From a virus (taxonomy: Duplodnaviria; Caudoviricetes): DNA of 64,000 nucleotides. The position numbers and the translations under genes are program-made. Below the pieces are notes generated by a model. That model was not told the origin of the DNA. It saw nothing but the letters and a program-made list of their open reading frames with translations, and made no database searches. Shown piece by piece: positions 45,831 to 55,894 of the stretch. How positions within the stretch are numbered: position 1 is the stretch's first letter; each line of letters starts with the position of its first letter. Where the stretch lies: positions 6,052 through 70,051 of the IMG/VR virus record IMGVR_UViG_3300033075_001214. One strand, given 5' to 3'.

Positions 45831-46687
45831 TGAAAAGTGTACGGGAGATGGTAGATTGTGAAATTGAAGGCCGGGTACGAGAGTATCAGTGGGTTAAGAC
45901 GCCATCTCAAACAACGACAGCGAGATTGTGGTTTGATCTTGCGTTAAGTCCAGGTAATCCACCGGCCAAATTCTATTTTGATGCGCCTCCCCTTATCGCT
46001 AAACAAATTACTCAAAGTGCGGATGGAGGAATATTTCATGGATCAGCCGTTACGCCTTACAGTAAATATCTTAGACGTAGTATAACATTATCACCAAGCG
46101 CTACGCCTATTCCTATGAGAATGATCTTATTAGATTATCTGTTATACTATCCTACGATTGATGATTCTGTGACCGATCCTCAACTAATGGATAATACGGT
46201 TACGCTTGGAAGATACACCACAGGCGAAGGTGTTCAAATGATAGCCGTTTCCTTAGCGGGAAGAGTAGGCGGAGCAAGTTTCACGGTTAGCTACACTAAC
46301 TCTGAAGGTGTTGCTGGCAGGACCTCTGAAATAGTTTTTCAAAACTCATCCGCTGCTATAGGAACAATCTTGTACAACGGAATTAATAATAATATTTCAG
46401 CCATGCCCTTTATCGGATTACAATCAGGTGACAGGGGTGTTAGAAGTATAGAAAGCATCACGATGATTACTCCCGATGTGGGGTTATTTGCTTTGGTGTT
46501 AGTTAAGCCTATTGGAACTACCCTGATCAAAGAATTAGGATCACCCGTAGAAATCGACTACTTCATTCATAAGAATGAAATGCCAAGAATCTACGATAAT
46601 GCGTTTTTAAATTACATCTGTCTGCCTAATGGATCGCTTTCAGCTATATCTATTCAGGGGGATTTAAAAGTTATTTGGGATAATTAA
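45827..46687 (+). CDS. Putative structural protein
   Basis: 286 aa; paralogous to the next gene (LLDYLLYYP; GEGVQMIAV; FTVSYTNSEG). Confidence 0.65.
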   Translation: MMKSVREMVDCEIEGRVREYQWVKTPSQTTTARLWFDLALSPGNPPAKFYFDAPPLIAKQITQSADGGIFHGSAVTPYSKYLRRSITLSPSATPIPMRMILLDYLLYYPTIDDSVTDPQLMDNTVTLGRYTTGEGVQMIAVSLAGRVGGASFTVSYTNSEGVAGRTSEIVFQNSSAAIGTILYNGINNNISAMPFIGLQSGDRGVRSIESITMITPDVGLFALVLVKPIGTTLIKELGSPVEIDYFIHKNEMPRIYDNAFLNYICLPNGSLSAISIQGDLKVIWDN

Positions 46688-46698
46688 AAAATACAACT

Positions 46699-47871
46699 AT
46701 GCCTGGTTTTGCAAGTGAAGATCAATTTTTACAAGCCCTCAGCAATGGACAAGTATTCAATGCTGAATGGGGTAAAAACTTTAACCCTACCGCAGCGGCC
46801 GTAGCAAACGAGTGGCATACGCTATTCAGAGGTGCAGGTAATCCTGGCGCTGATGCGATCTTTAATGCGGGTACTAACTTACTGTTTCAGGCGGTGAAGG
46901 ATAATACCGCAAGCGCAGGAGCAATTCAACATGGCGGAAACGTACAAGCTTCGAATTTCTATAAATACTTAATGAGTGGTAGTGCCGTTAGCGCAGCAGC
47001 TACTGTAGTACCGGGATGGTTAGCACTTATTGATGTGATTGGATTTTATCGTGTCACTTCAGTAACAACAGCAACCGCGCAGGGAACTACCAACACGCTA
47101 TCTCAGTCTGATACTTTCACGGCTAATACTGATGATACGATGACGTATTCATCAACAGCTAACATTCCTAGTAATATCTTAACGGGAACAAGAGTACGAT
47201 TAACTACAACCACTACATTACCCGCACCATTAGCAACTGCTACCGATTACTATGTAATCCGTCTTACGGATTCAACTTTCTATCTGGCAACATCCTACGC
47301 AAACGCCATTGCGGGAACGAGAATTGATTTAACGACAACGGGAACTGGAACACATACAATCACATGGTTGCTTCCACGTTATACCAATGGGGCCGGAGTT
47401 CAGGCAATATTCTTTAATTCAAACGCAACGGCTATGGGTGCCGCTACACCTAACTTATCATTAGGATATACAAATAGTGCTCAGGCTACATCAAGAGCAA
47501 CTCCAACAGTATTGCCAATTGGAAAATCAGCAGCATCTAATAGCCATATTTTATACACCGGAGCAACTGGTACAGGTAAATATAATTTTACGGTACCCCT
47601 ACAAGCGGGAGATGCAGGCATCGCTGAAATAAACACGATACAAAATTCTGTCTCTTATGTATCGGGTGAATACTCCGTAGCGCTTATTAAAGTACTAGGT
47701 AAATTTCCTTTATCCACTTTGGGGCTTGCATGTGAACGTAATTTCAAATACGAATTCCCATCACTGCCGAGAATTTATGATGGGGCTGCTTTGTACTTCT
47801 TATGGGGATCAGGCGTAGCTACCCCTGCCTCAAGTGCATTCTCTGGTTCGCTTAACTTTATATGGAACTAA
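46699..47871 (+). CDS. Putative structural protein
   Basis: 390 aa; GAGVQAIF; LGYTNSAQ; SLPRIYDGAAL. Confidence 0.65.
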   Translation: MPGFASEDQFLQALSNGQVFNAEWGKNFNPTAAAVANEWHTLFRGAGNPGADAIFNAGTNLLFQAVKDNTASAGAIQHGGNVQASNFYKYLMSGSAVSAAATVVPGWLALIDVIGFYRVTSVTTATAQGTTNTLSQSDTFTANTDDTMTYSSTANIPSNILTGTRVRLTTTTTLPAPLATATDYYVIRLTDSTFYLATSYANAIAGTRIDLTTTGTGTHTITWLLPRYTNGAGVQAIFFNSNATAMGAATPNLSLGYTNSAQATSRATPTVLPIGKSAASNSHILYTGATGTGKYNFTVPLQAGDAGIAEINTIQNSVSYVSGEYSVALIKVLGKFPLSTLGLACERNFKYEFPSLPRIYDGAALYFLWGSGVATPASSAFSGSLNFIWN

Positions 47872-47872
47872 A

Positions 47873-48754
47873 GTGCTACTCAGTAATTACAGTGCCGCTT
47901 ATTTTGCCTCCTGTGGCCGCGAGATAGGAGCGCAGGGAGGAATAAATAATCTGTTTACCTACTACAACGCAGGTACCGCAAGGGCTTTTTATACGGGGGA
48001 TCATGTAATTACAAATCAAACAGATAAAGCCAATCTACCTTCAGGCAACCGTCAGCCTTATGCTTATGTATGGGCACCAAAAGCGGGGGAATTATCCTCT
48101 ACTACGTATATAAGCGGAACTGGCGAACTTGTAGCAAGTGGAGCATTAGGATATGGCATTGATGCGAACCTAACAGGAGATGGAGATATTACCAATGCAG
48201 CATTAGGATTAATTGTATCAGCAGCAGCAAGTCTTACTGGTAATGGAGATATTACCGGGGAGTTACTAGCCTTCCTTAATGGATCCGCTACACTTGATGG
48301 AGTAGGCGATTTATCCGGTGACTTAGGGGCTCTTGCTGATTTATTAGCCGCCATTTCAGGATCAGGAGATTTGGTTAGTGCCATATTAGCGAAAGGTGAA
48401 TTGTCGGCAGATATTGTAGTCACAGGCACCGGACTTACCCTGGAGAACGTAAGAGAGGCTGTATGGTCCGCAATTGCTTCTGAATTTAACGAACCCGGCA
48501 CGATGGGTAACAAGATGAATAGTGCAGCCAGCGCGGGTGATCCATGGTCTACATTACTTCCAGGTTCGTATGGAGATGGAGAGGCGGGTAAGATACTTGC
48601 CCAGATTCAAACTTTAGTTGATGAGCTTCATAAAATTCAGGGACTTAATATTGATGCCCCCGTTACAATTACTCCTACATCCAGATCAGCTACTGGGATT
48701 GATATTGTAATAGGCGGAGACGGAGAGACAATTTCTACACTTGAACGGCAATGA
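47873..48754 (+). CDS. Putative fibre-like protein with G/D/L repeats
   Basis: GTG start at 47873 inferred; repeated LTGDGDI/SGSGDL units. Confidence 0.6.
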   Translation: MLLSNYSAAYFASCGREIGAQGGINNLFTYYNAGTARAFYTGDHVITNQTDKANLPSGNRQPYAYVWAPKAGELSSTTYISGTGELVASGALGYGIDANLTGDGDITNAALGLIVSAAASLTGNGDITGELLAFLNGSATLDGVGDLSGDLGALADLLAAISGSGDLVSAILAKGELSADIVVTGTGLTLENVREAVWSAIASEFNEPGTMGNKMNSAASAGDPWSTLLPGSYGDGEAGKILAQIQTLVDELHKIQGLNIDAPVTITPTSRSATGIDIVIGGDGETISTLERQ

Positions 48755-49662
48755 GTTTAGTGGGTATATATAAAATTACATCTCCATCAGGTAAAGTCTA
48801 TATTGGACAGAGTTGGGATATACATAATCGTTTCAAAACATATAAATGTAATCCTAATAAAAAACAAAGTAAGATATACAACTCAATTCATAAGTATGGC
48901 TGGGATGCCCATACTAAAGAAATACTTATAGAGTTAAAATCTGATACAACTCAGAGCAATCTTGATGATTGGGAAAAATTCTACATTAATTTTTATAGAA
49001 GTTGTGGGTTTTCCATGTTGAATATAAGAGATGGCGGATCTAGAGGAAAGCATAGCGCAGAAAGTATAGAGAAGATGAGGGGCCGTAAGGCAACAGAGAA
49101 ACAAATCAATGCTAACAAAGGCAATAAATATGCTTTAGGGGTAAAGAAAACAGATGAACAGAAAGAAGCTATATCGAATAGACTTAAAGGAGTTCCCCTT
49201 CATCCCAATACGATAATAGCATCCATTAATTATAATAAAGGCAGAAAGCATACAAAAGAACGTATAGAGAAAAAGAGAATCTTTATGATCGGGAAAAAAC
49301 ATGGATTAGGCCATAAGTGGTCAGCCGATGAGAAGAAAATGATTAGCGAAAGGATGAAGGGGAAGAAAAATAGTCTTGGGTATAAATTAACAGAAAATCA
49401 TAAAAAAATAATATCAGAAGCTAACAAAGGGAAAAATATAAGTCAAGAATTACGAGAATTAAGTCGTAATAGAATGATTGGTAACAAACTTGGTTTAGGC
49501 GGTAAGTCATCATCTAGAAAAGTTAAATGCCTTAATAATGGGGTTGAGTACGAGTCGGTTAGGGCTGCGGCCAAAGAACTTTCTATTAATGAATCTCATA
49601 TCCCACAAGTTTGTAGGGGAAAAGAAAATCATGTTGGCGGTTATAAATTTACCTACGCATGA
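48751..49662 (+). CDS. GIY-YIG homing endonuclease with NUMOD3-like repeats and NUMOD1
   Basis: VGIYKITSPSGKVYIGQS; HTKERIEK-type repeats; YESVRAAAKEL C-terminus. Confidence 0.92.
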   Translation: MSLVGIYKITSPSGKVYIGQSWDIHNRFKTYKCNPNKKQSKIYNSIHKYGWDAHTKEILIELKSDTTQSNLDDWEKFYINFYRSCGFSMLNIRDGGSRGKHSAESIEKMRGRKATEKQINANKGNKYALGVKKTDEQKEAISNRLKGVPLHPNTIIASINYNKGRKHTKERIEKKRIFMIGKKHGLGHKWSADEKKMISERMKGKKNSLGYKLTENHKKIISEANKGKNISQELRELSRNRMIGNKLGLGGKSSSRKVKCLNNGVEYESVRAAAKELSINESHIPQVCRGKENHVGGYKFTYA

Positions 49663-49907
49663 GTTTAAATTCCTTAAAAATAGCCAGTGACGGATACTTA
49701 AAACGGACTACGAAAGCAGCCCTGATCATTGCTGTTTCGGGTTATTTGAACTTTGGAACAACGCCTCCAATACCCACACAATCCCCTATTGCATCTGAAA
49801 TCACAGGCGGAGGCTATCAGGACGCAACACGAAGACAACAATTAAACGAGCAGGATGAGCAAGAAATATTGTTAATTTGTGAAGCGTTTCTACGATGCCA
49901 CTCATAG
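49659..49907 (+). CDS. Hypothetical protein
   Basis: ORF track; ATGA overlap. Confidence 0.6.
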   Translation: MSLNSLKIASDGYLKRTTKAALIIAVSGYLNFGTTPPIPTQSPIASEITGGGYQDATRRQQLNEQDEQEILLICEAFLRCHS

Positions 49908-52900
49908 ACTGCATAAAGGCCAGCAACCTGGCAACCGAACCCGAAATCGAAGCCTTAACCTCGAAAGTAAGCGCCATGGTTCAAAAGGGCGTTCCTGAAA
50001 TCGAAGCTGAATACACCGTTAAAAATGAATTCATCAACGATGTTTATGAAAAACTTAACAAGGACTTAAACGCGGTCAAGAAATCTGCAGGCGTTAAAAC
50101 TTCCAGAATTGACAAGGTTGAGCCACCGAATTTCAAGGAGCCGCCACCAAAGAAAGAACAGGGCGAAGAACCACCACCAAAGCCACGCAACTACGCGATT
50201 GCCGATCGTATCCTGAATAGCGATGCCAATGAAGCTATCAAGCGAGGCATCAAAGAGAAAGGCGCTTCCTACGTTCCTAAAGGGCTTGATATCACATTGG
50301 GCGAGGCTAAGAACCTCATTGAGTTATATGGTGACAAAGCCGATGGAATTGTTCGGGATTTAACCAATGGCTTAACCTGGGATACGCGCACTGCATTAAC
50401 CGCCAAACTTTACGAGAAATATGTAGAGGAGGGTCGTAATGAGGAGGCTGTTAATATCGCTATGTGGCAGGCAGAACAGTCATTACAAGCCGGACGCGCC
50501 AGTAACGCAGCTAAGATTTGGAAGATGATCACCGAAAGCGGTGAGGAAAATATTGTTCTATCGATCGAGCGTGAACGTCAGGCACAGCGGGATCAATTGA
50601 TTGAGCCCGTAGCAAAGGAGTTACAACAAACCCGCGAGCAGATTGAGGCGGAGATAAGGAAGCAGGTAGAAGCCCGGGTTCAGAAAGAGGTTGGTGATCG
50701 ACTGAAAAAAGCTAAATTAATTACAAAGGAGAAGCGTAAGGAAATTGCTGATTTCTTTGACGGGCTCAAGATTGATACGAAGAATAAGGGAATGATGAGC
50801 GCTTCAGTCATCCCTGGTATTACACTGCTCCCGCATGTATGGAATGCTTCCGTTGATATTATGAAGCAGGCAATCCTTACCGGAGCGGATGTAGCTAATG
50901 CAATTCAGGCAGGGATTGATTACATCAAGGCTAATCAAAAAGAAGCCATTGATGAGGAGAAGTTCAAGGAATTCATGGCTCCGAAACTGGAAGCCATTGT
51001 TCCCAAAGAACCTGTTAAACGCGAAGGTATTGATGATGAGAAAATCAAAACTCCTAAAACGCTCAAGGGTCGCAAGAAGAAAGAATTCATTGATGAAGTT
51101 ATTCAGGCGTACAACGAGGGTAAATTAACCGATAAGAAGTTTGAGGAAATTTATGCTGGTAAGATGGGCTTCAAGGAGTTTACTGAAGCCGATCGAAAGC
51201 GCATCCGGGAATTAGCTAAAACAATCAGTGAGGCGGAAAAATTTGAAAATGTTCTTCGGGAAGATTTTACCGATGAGAATATTAATAAATACAAAGACCT
51301 GATCAAACAAGCGAAGCAAGCCAACAACTTACTTCAGGAGTTTGCTCAGGCACCAGCCAGCATTGAGGATACCCTGATCAGTATCATGCAGGGGAATTTA
51401 TTGTCTCCACTCTCCCAGGTAGCCAACATCTACTACAACGTGAATTATCAACCGTTGCGATTCATGAGTATGTTAGGGGGATCATTTGTGGATTATTCAT
51501 TATCTAAACTCGCTAAAATAGGATTGGCTAGTAAGGCCATGGAAGTCCGTACCATTGATCCGATCGCTTTACAGAAAGGATACTTCAAAGGTGGGTGGAA
51601 TGGCGCCATTGAAGGAGCGCAACAAGTCGTTACCGGAGTTGATCAGGATCCGCGTAGCCTTCGGGAGATACAAACGAATTTCAGCCCAGTACGCGCTATC
51701 CAAAGATGGTCCGACAAGAATCGTAGCGCAGCACAGAAAGCCAACGACTACGTAGAAGGAACGCTGGGTATTCCGGCAGAGGCAATGTTTCGGTTGCTGA
51801 ACCTGGGGGATAAACCTTTCCGGAGGGCGGCAGAGATGGCGAAGGCGATGGAGATGGCTTCCTTGAGAGGATTGAAAGGCAACGATTTATTAAAGTTTCT
51901 GGTCGTTCCTGATCCGGAATCGGCCGCCTTAATTAAGCAAGCCGGAGATGAGGCCACGTTTCAACAGTCGGAAGGATTTGGAAAAAAGATTCAGCAATAC
52001 ATTACCGACTTCTTAAATACGATTGCGAAGATACCCTACGTAGGTAAGCCCGCCAAGGTTCTATTAAAATCTCAAATTCCATTTGTTAAAACACCATGGA
52101 ACGTAGCCGCAGAAACATTACAGTATGCAGCGCCTCCGATCACGATGGCGATAGGCATACGTCAGATTGCTACAGGCAATAAGCGAGGGGGAAGTATTAT
52201 GATTGGAAAAGCTATGGTTGGTGCTGTGATTCAAATCGTAGCCTATCAATTATTTATCAAGGGGTTACTGACCGGGGATGATGATAAGGAAAAGAAGAAA
52301 CGTGACTTTCAATTTGATAATGTGCCGCCACCTAACAGTATTAACACAACCGCCATCGCACGAGGACTAGCGGGGCAGGGATGGGAAACAAAGGATGGCG
52401 ATATTTGGTCTCCTTATACCAAGATGGGGGTTACAGGAATTTTGTTTGATCACTACTCCAATACATACAAAGAGCGAGTGGCCAACAACGAACCTTTACT
52501 AGACGTAGACGCCTACTTGTCAGATATGATTACTTCCGGCCCTAAAGTAGCCAGTTCATCGCTTGATCAGACGTTCTTACAAGGTACCAGTAAGTTACTG
52601 GAGGCAGTGAAAGACGGAGGAAATAAAAAGACTACCGACTGGATTATTACTACCACAGAAGCAGTCGGATCGATCGTTTACCCCAATACCCTTGCCACTA
52701 TCAGTAAGGCATCCGATGAATACTTGCGCGATGTTCAGGACGATTCATTCTGGAAAAAACTAGGGAATGTCTATCAGAACAAAATGTTTATGGGTGACGC
52801 CTTGCCCGCCAAGGTGAGTATCTGGGGAGATAAGGTAACAGGGAATCCGGAAGGACGTAATAAGTACGTGTATTATCTGTTTGATCCTACTAAATTCAAA

Positions 52901-53293
52901 GAGGTGAGCACAGATGACTTTCGATACAAATTATATCAAGACTTCAAGAAAGACTACGATGCCGATTGGCTTCCCGGTGCCCCATCTAAAACAATCACTG
53001 TAAAGGGTGAAAATATTAAACTTGACGGCACTCAGTACGAGTTACTTTCTACCTATGTAGGCCAGGAACGCAAGGATATGACACAGGCCTATATCAATTC
53101 CAAATCCTATGAGCGAGCCAGTGATGCCGATAAGAAAGAAGAACTAAAGGCTATTTATCGGGATGCTTCAGAACTAGGCCGTGAACGGTTCATGATTGAC
53201 ATGGGGTACACCGTAAGCCGGATGATTCCTTTGGAGTTAGAACAAGCAAATCGGAGGATGCAACGGAAGCAAAATAAGTTCAAACCTAAGTAA
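49895..53293 (+). CDS. Large internal virion/ejection protein
   Basis: 1132 aa, helical, with a hydrophobic central region. Confidence 0.6.
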   Translation: MPLIDCIKASNLATEPEIEALTSKVSAMVQKGVPEIEAEYTVKNEFINDVYEKLNKDLNAVKKSAGVKTSRIDKVEPPNFKEPPPKKEQGEEPPPKPRNYAIADRILNSDANEAIKRGIKEKGASYVPKGLDITLGEAKNLIELYGDKADGIVRDLTNGLTWDTRTALTAKLYEKYVEEGRNEEAVNIAMWQAEQSLQAGRASNAAKIWKMITESGEENIVLSIERERQAQRDQLIEPVAKELQQTREQIEAEIRKQVEARVQKEVGDRLKKAKLITKEKRKEIADFFDGLKIDTKNKGMMSASVIPGITLLPHVWNASVDIMKQAILTGADVANAIQAGIDYIKANQKEAIDEEKFKEFMAPKLEAIVPKEPVKREGIDDEKIKTPKTLKGRKKKEFIDEVIQAYNEGKLTDKKFEEIYAGKMGFKEFTEADRKRIRELAKTISEAEKFENVLREDFTDENINKYKDLIKQAKQANNLLQEFAQAPASIEDTLISIMQGNLLSPLSQVANIYYNVNYQPLRFMSMLGGSFVDYSLSKLAKIGLASKAMEVRTIDPIALQKGYFKGGWNGAIEGAQQVVTGVDQDPRSLREIQTNFSPVRAIQRWSDKNRSAAQKANDYVEGTLGIPAEAMFRLLNLGDKPFRRAAEMAKAMEMASLRGLKGNDLLKFLVVPDPESAALIKQAGDEATFQQSEGFGKKIQQYITDFLNTIAKIPYVGKPAKVLLKSQIPFVKTPWNVAAETLQYAAPPITMAIGIRQIATGNKRGGSIMIGKAMVGAVIQIVAYQLFIKGLLTGDDDKEKKKRDFQFDNVPPPNSINTTAIARGLAGQGWETKDGDIWSPYTKMGVTGILFDHYSNTYKERVANNEPLLDVDAYLSDMITSGPKVASSSLDQTFLQGTSKLLEAVKDGGNKKTTDWIITTTEAVGSIVYPNTLATISKASDEYLRDVQDDSFWKKLGNVYQNKMFMGDALPAKVSIWGDKVTGNPEGRNKYVYYLFDPTKFKEVSTDDFRYKLYQDFKKDYDADWLPGAPSKTITVKGENIKLDGTQYELLSTYVGQERKDMTQAYINSKSYERASDADKKEELKAIYRDASELGRERFMIDMGYTVSRMIPLELEQANRRMQRKQNKFKPK

Positions 53294-53333
53294 GCAAATT
53301 TATCCTTAAATTTACCTAACAAAACCCATCGCC

Positions 53334-53834
53334 ATGATCAACCAGAATCTAGTCAATAACGAAGTTAAGGTCGAGCGAATCACCACCGGTACAACCCATC
53401 CGTACCTGGGAGCGATCCCTACCAAGGGCACCATTCCGCTTGCTGAAACACTTACCGGCACAATCACTACCGATAATGCAGGAGCTTCCGCAGGACTGAT
53501 CGTTCTGGGTTCAGGAACCATATTTTTGACCGAAGTCTATCCGGGTGATTTTATCTACGATGATGACGCAGCCATCCGCAAGGTAGTAGCTGTATTTTCC
53601 GATACCATGCTCGAATTAGAGGAGAAATTCCCTGCCAGTGTATCCAGCATAGCCCTCAAGGTGCCCAAGCGCTCTTATTACAAGGCTATCACGGCTCGTT
53701 CTTCCGGAACCGTAGACGCAGAATTACAGGAGTCTTCTTTTGTTATTGGCTCCAGTACCGTAACAGGAGGATCTCCTTTGGCGTATGATGCCAGTACAGC
53801 GAATTCAGAAATAGAATTCACCTGTTCTAAATAA
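53334..53834 (+). CDS. Putative structural protein
   Basis: 166 aa beta-rich; LTGTITT...SGTIFLTEV.PGDFI motif. Confidence 0.55.
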   Translation: MINQNLVNNEVKVERITTGTTHPYLGAIPTKGTIPLAETLTGTITTDNAGASAGLIVLGSGTIFLTEVYPGDFIYDDDAAIRKVVAVFSDTMLELEEKFPASVSSIALKVPKRSYYKAITARSSGTVDAELQESSFVIGSSTVTGGSPLAYDASTANSEIEFTCSK

Positions 53835-54394
53835 TGGTCAATAAACACCATACCAAGGTTTTTATCCTAAAGCCTGATGGCACAGAAGTACCCCTTGCTC
53901 AGTGGCAGGAGGAAAATGGCTACGAGGTAGGAAGTGCCCGCATTGCCAAACATTTCTGGTTTACGGAATCTAAGTTTTTAGAGAACATTCAAGACTACGG
54001 AAAGTTAGTAGTTTGTGAATTACTCATGAAAGTAGCCGATAAGTACCGCGACATGAAATCCGCTTCCGTTCGGGTTAATTCATTCAACCGAAGCCGGGAA
54101 AAACAAGAACAATTGATCGCTGATGGATTTAAGGCCGCAGCAGTATCTCCCCATGAATTTTACCTGGCTATGGATGCCGATACAGATACGGAACAGGAAA
54201 CCCGGCTCAATGCAGCCATGATCCGGGAGGCCGCCAAGCAGTTGGGGATTAAGATAAGAATTGGATTTGAACAATATCTCGCTGATAAAAATACGTTTGT
54301 GCATTTTGACTGCGCTCCAGAATATTTTGCGCCAGGTAAACCGTGGCATCATCTCAATCATCCGCGTCAATGGGAAACTGAAAACCAATGGTAA
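53834..54394 (+). CDS. Endolysin, peptidase M15-like
   Basis: NSFNRS...SPHEFYLAMD...FVHFD zinc-binding pattern; adjacent to membrane genes. Confidence 0.8.
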   Translation: MVNKHHTKVFILKPDGTEVPLAQWQEENGYEVGSARIAKHFWFTESKFLENIQDYGKLVVCELLMKVADKYRDMKSASVRVNSFNRSREKQEQLIADGFKAAAVSPHEFYLAMDADTDTEQETRLNAAMIREAAKQLGIKIRIGFEQYLADKNTFVHFDCAPEYFAPGKPWHHLNHPRQWETENQW

Positions 54395-54759
54395 TACTAC
54401 AATCTTTAACAGGTTCATTAACTCCAGACGGGGCTCTTTCCGGAGACTACGCATTAGGATTGGCTTTTGGCGTCATTGGATTTTTATTGGTAGCTGTAGC
54501 CACCTTAGTAGGAAATTATTTCATTTCAACACTCAAGGGCATCAAGGAGGAGATTAAGAATGTGCATACCCGAATTGATACCCGGGAGACGGAGCATGAC
54601 CAGTTAGCCAAGCATCATGAAGAAACTAAGATGCAGGTGCTTCTTATCAAAAGTAAGTTAGATACAGATGGTGAAAAACTAGCTATGAATATTGCGATGA
54701 AACTCAGGGCTATGTCTACCCGTCCTCCTGGATTTTACGATAACGAAACTGAAGAATGA
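54388..54759 (+). CDS. Holin-like membrane protein
   Basis: N-terminal TM followed by a coiled coil; lysis context. Confidence 0.5.
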   Translation: MVILQSLTGSLTPDGALSGDYALGLAFGVIGFLLVAVATLVGNYFISTLKGIKEEIKNVHTRIDTRETEHDQLAKHHEETKMQVLLIKSKLDTDGEKLAMNIAMKLRAMSTRPPGFYDNETEE

Positions 54760-55211
54760 ATCTATCCAACGAAAACGGTGATTTGATCTTAAAGATTATT
54801 GGCGGGATTATTGCGTTCTTCTCGCTCCGATGGATCATCAAATTATTTGCCGGTGTTGATAAGAAACTCAACTTGAAAGAATTCAAAGACTTTGTGGCCT
54901 TTGGATTGTTTATCTGGGCATTCGTTTATATTCTTCTCACAGAAGCTAACCGGCCAGCCTCTTCCGCGCATGTATTTTCAGAGATTTGGATTTTCTTTAT
55001 CATTACCGCGTTGTTAAGTGTACTAGCTAAGAATGAAATCTTTGATAGTTTTAGCCGGGCCTTAGAGTTGTTGATCAAGTTACGAACCAAAGTTTCTTAT
55101 GAAAGTGATACTATCAAAAGCACTACCAGTCATTCTACTACTGTTAGTCGGGCTGAGTCTGGGATACCTGATAGCTCCCAAGCAGGACAAACAGATAAAG
55201 AGGGAGTTTGA
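54756..55211 (+). CDS. Holin-like protein (3 TM segments)
   Basis: Three hydrophobic segments and a polar tail. Confidence 0.55.
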   Translation: MNLSNENGDLILKIIGGIIAFFSLRWIIKLFAGVDKKLNLKEFKDFVAFGLFIWAFVYILLTEANRPASSAHVFSEIWIFFIITALLSVLAKNEIFDSFSRALELLIKLRTKVSYESDTIKSTTSHSTTVSRAESGIPDSSQAGQTDKEGV

Positions 55212-55446
55212 GCGACAAAAGAAGGAGATACAATCTCAGATTCAGCAAATTCAAGCCTTGCAAAAACAGGTAGCCAACAAAGATTCTGTGTGGACCAAAG
55301 TTGTCCAACTTCATAAAGACTCCCTGATTCTCGAACGCAAAACCACAACCCGGCTGCATCATGAAAATAAACGTCTTAAAAATCGTCCTGTTCCTAATTG
55401 GAGCCATGCTGATCTGGACTCCATTATCGGCACAATCATCCGATAG
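55099..55446 (+). CDS. Spanin-like protein (N-terminal TM, coiled coil)
   Basis: VILLLLVGLSLGYLI followed by a Q/K-rich coiled coil; overlaps neighbours. Confidence 0.5.
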   Translation: MKVILSKALPVILLLLVGLSLGYLIAPKQDKQIKREFERQKKEIQSQIQQIQALQKQVANKDSVWTKVVQLHKDSLILERKTTTRLHHENKRLKNRPVPNWSHADLDSIIGTIIR

Positions 55447-55756
55447 CCTGTATTGTTCTCCAATCTGGAAGATTCGAAAACTTACATCCATTGCTCAACG
55501 GGTGCCCGTGCTCGATAGCCTGGTTGATGCGCAGGTAGCTGAAATCAATCGCTTAAATAGTATTGTAGCCGGAGATGACATCATTCTCAAGGCAAGGGTA
55601 AAGCAAATAGGCCTTCTCGTAGATGAAAAGACTAAACTAAACGAACTCAATTCCATCCAGGTAAAACTCACCGATCAGGAGAAACGCGACAAGCGCCAAT
55701 GGAAAGGAATTGCTATTGTGCTGGGGGTGCTATGTTTGGTGCAGGTGTTTTATTAG
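55361..55756 (+). CDS. Spanin-like protein (signal peptide, coiled coil, C-terminal TM)
   Basis: Hydrophobic N- and C-termini; last gene of the lysis cassette. Confidence 0.45.
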   Translation: MKINVLKIVLFLIGAMLIWTPLSAQSSDSLYCSPIWKIRKLTSIAQRVPVLDSLVDAQVAEINRLNSIVAGDDIILKARVKQIGLLVDEKTKLNELNSIQVKLTDQEKRDKRQWKGIAIVLGVLCLVQVFY

Positions 55757-55819
55757 AATTTCTGCTTGTGCCAATTGACGTGAACAGGAAAAATTTTTGT
55801 ACGCTTTGATTGTCTGTAA

Positions 55820-55849
55820 GTTACAATGATAAATTACAAATAACTTGTT
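55820..55849. other. attI-like site 2
   Basis: GTTACAATGATAAATTACAAATAACTTGTT; 26/30 identical to the reverse complement of 11299-11328. Confidence 0.7.
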
Positions 55850-55894
55850 ATGCACAATTGGCGATTGCATACGAGGCAAAACTTCCTCGCGGAG

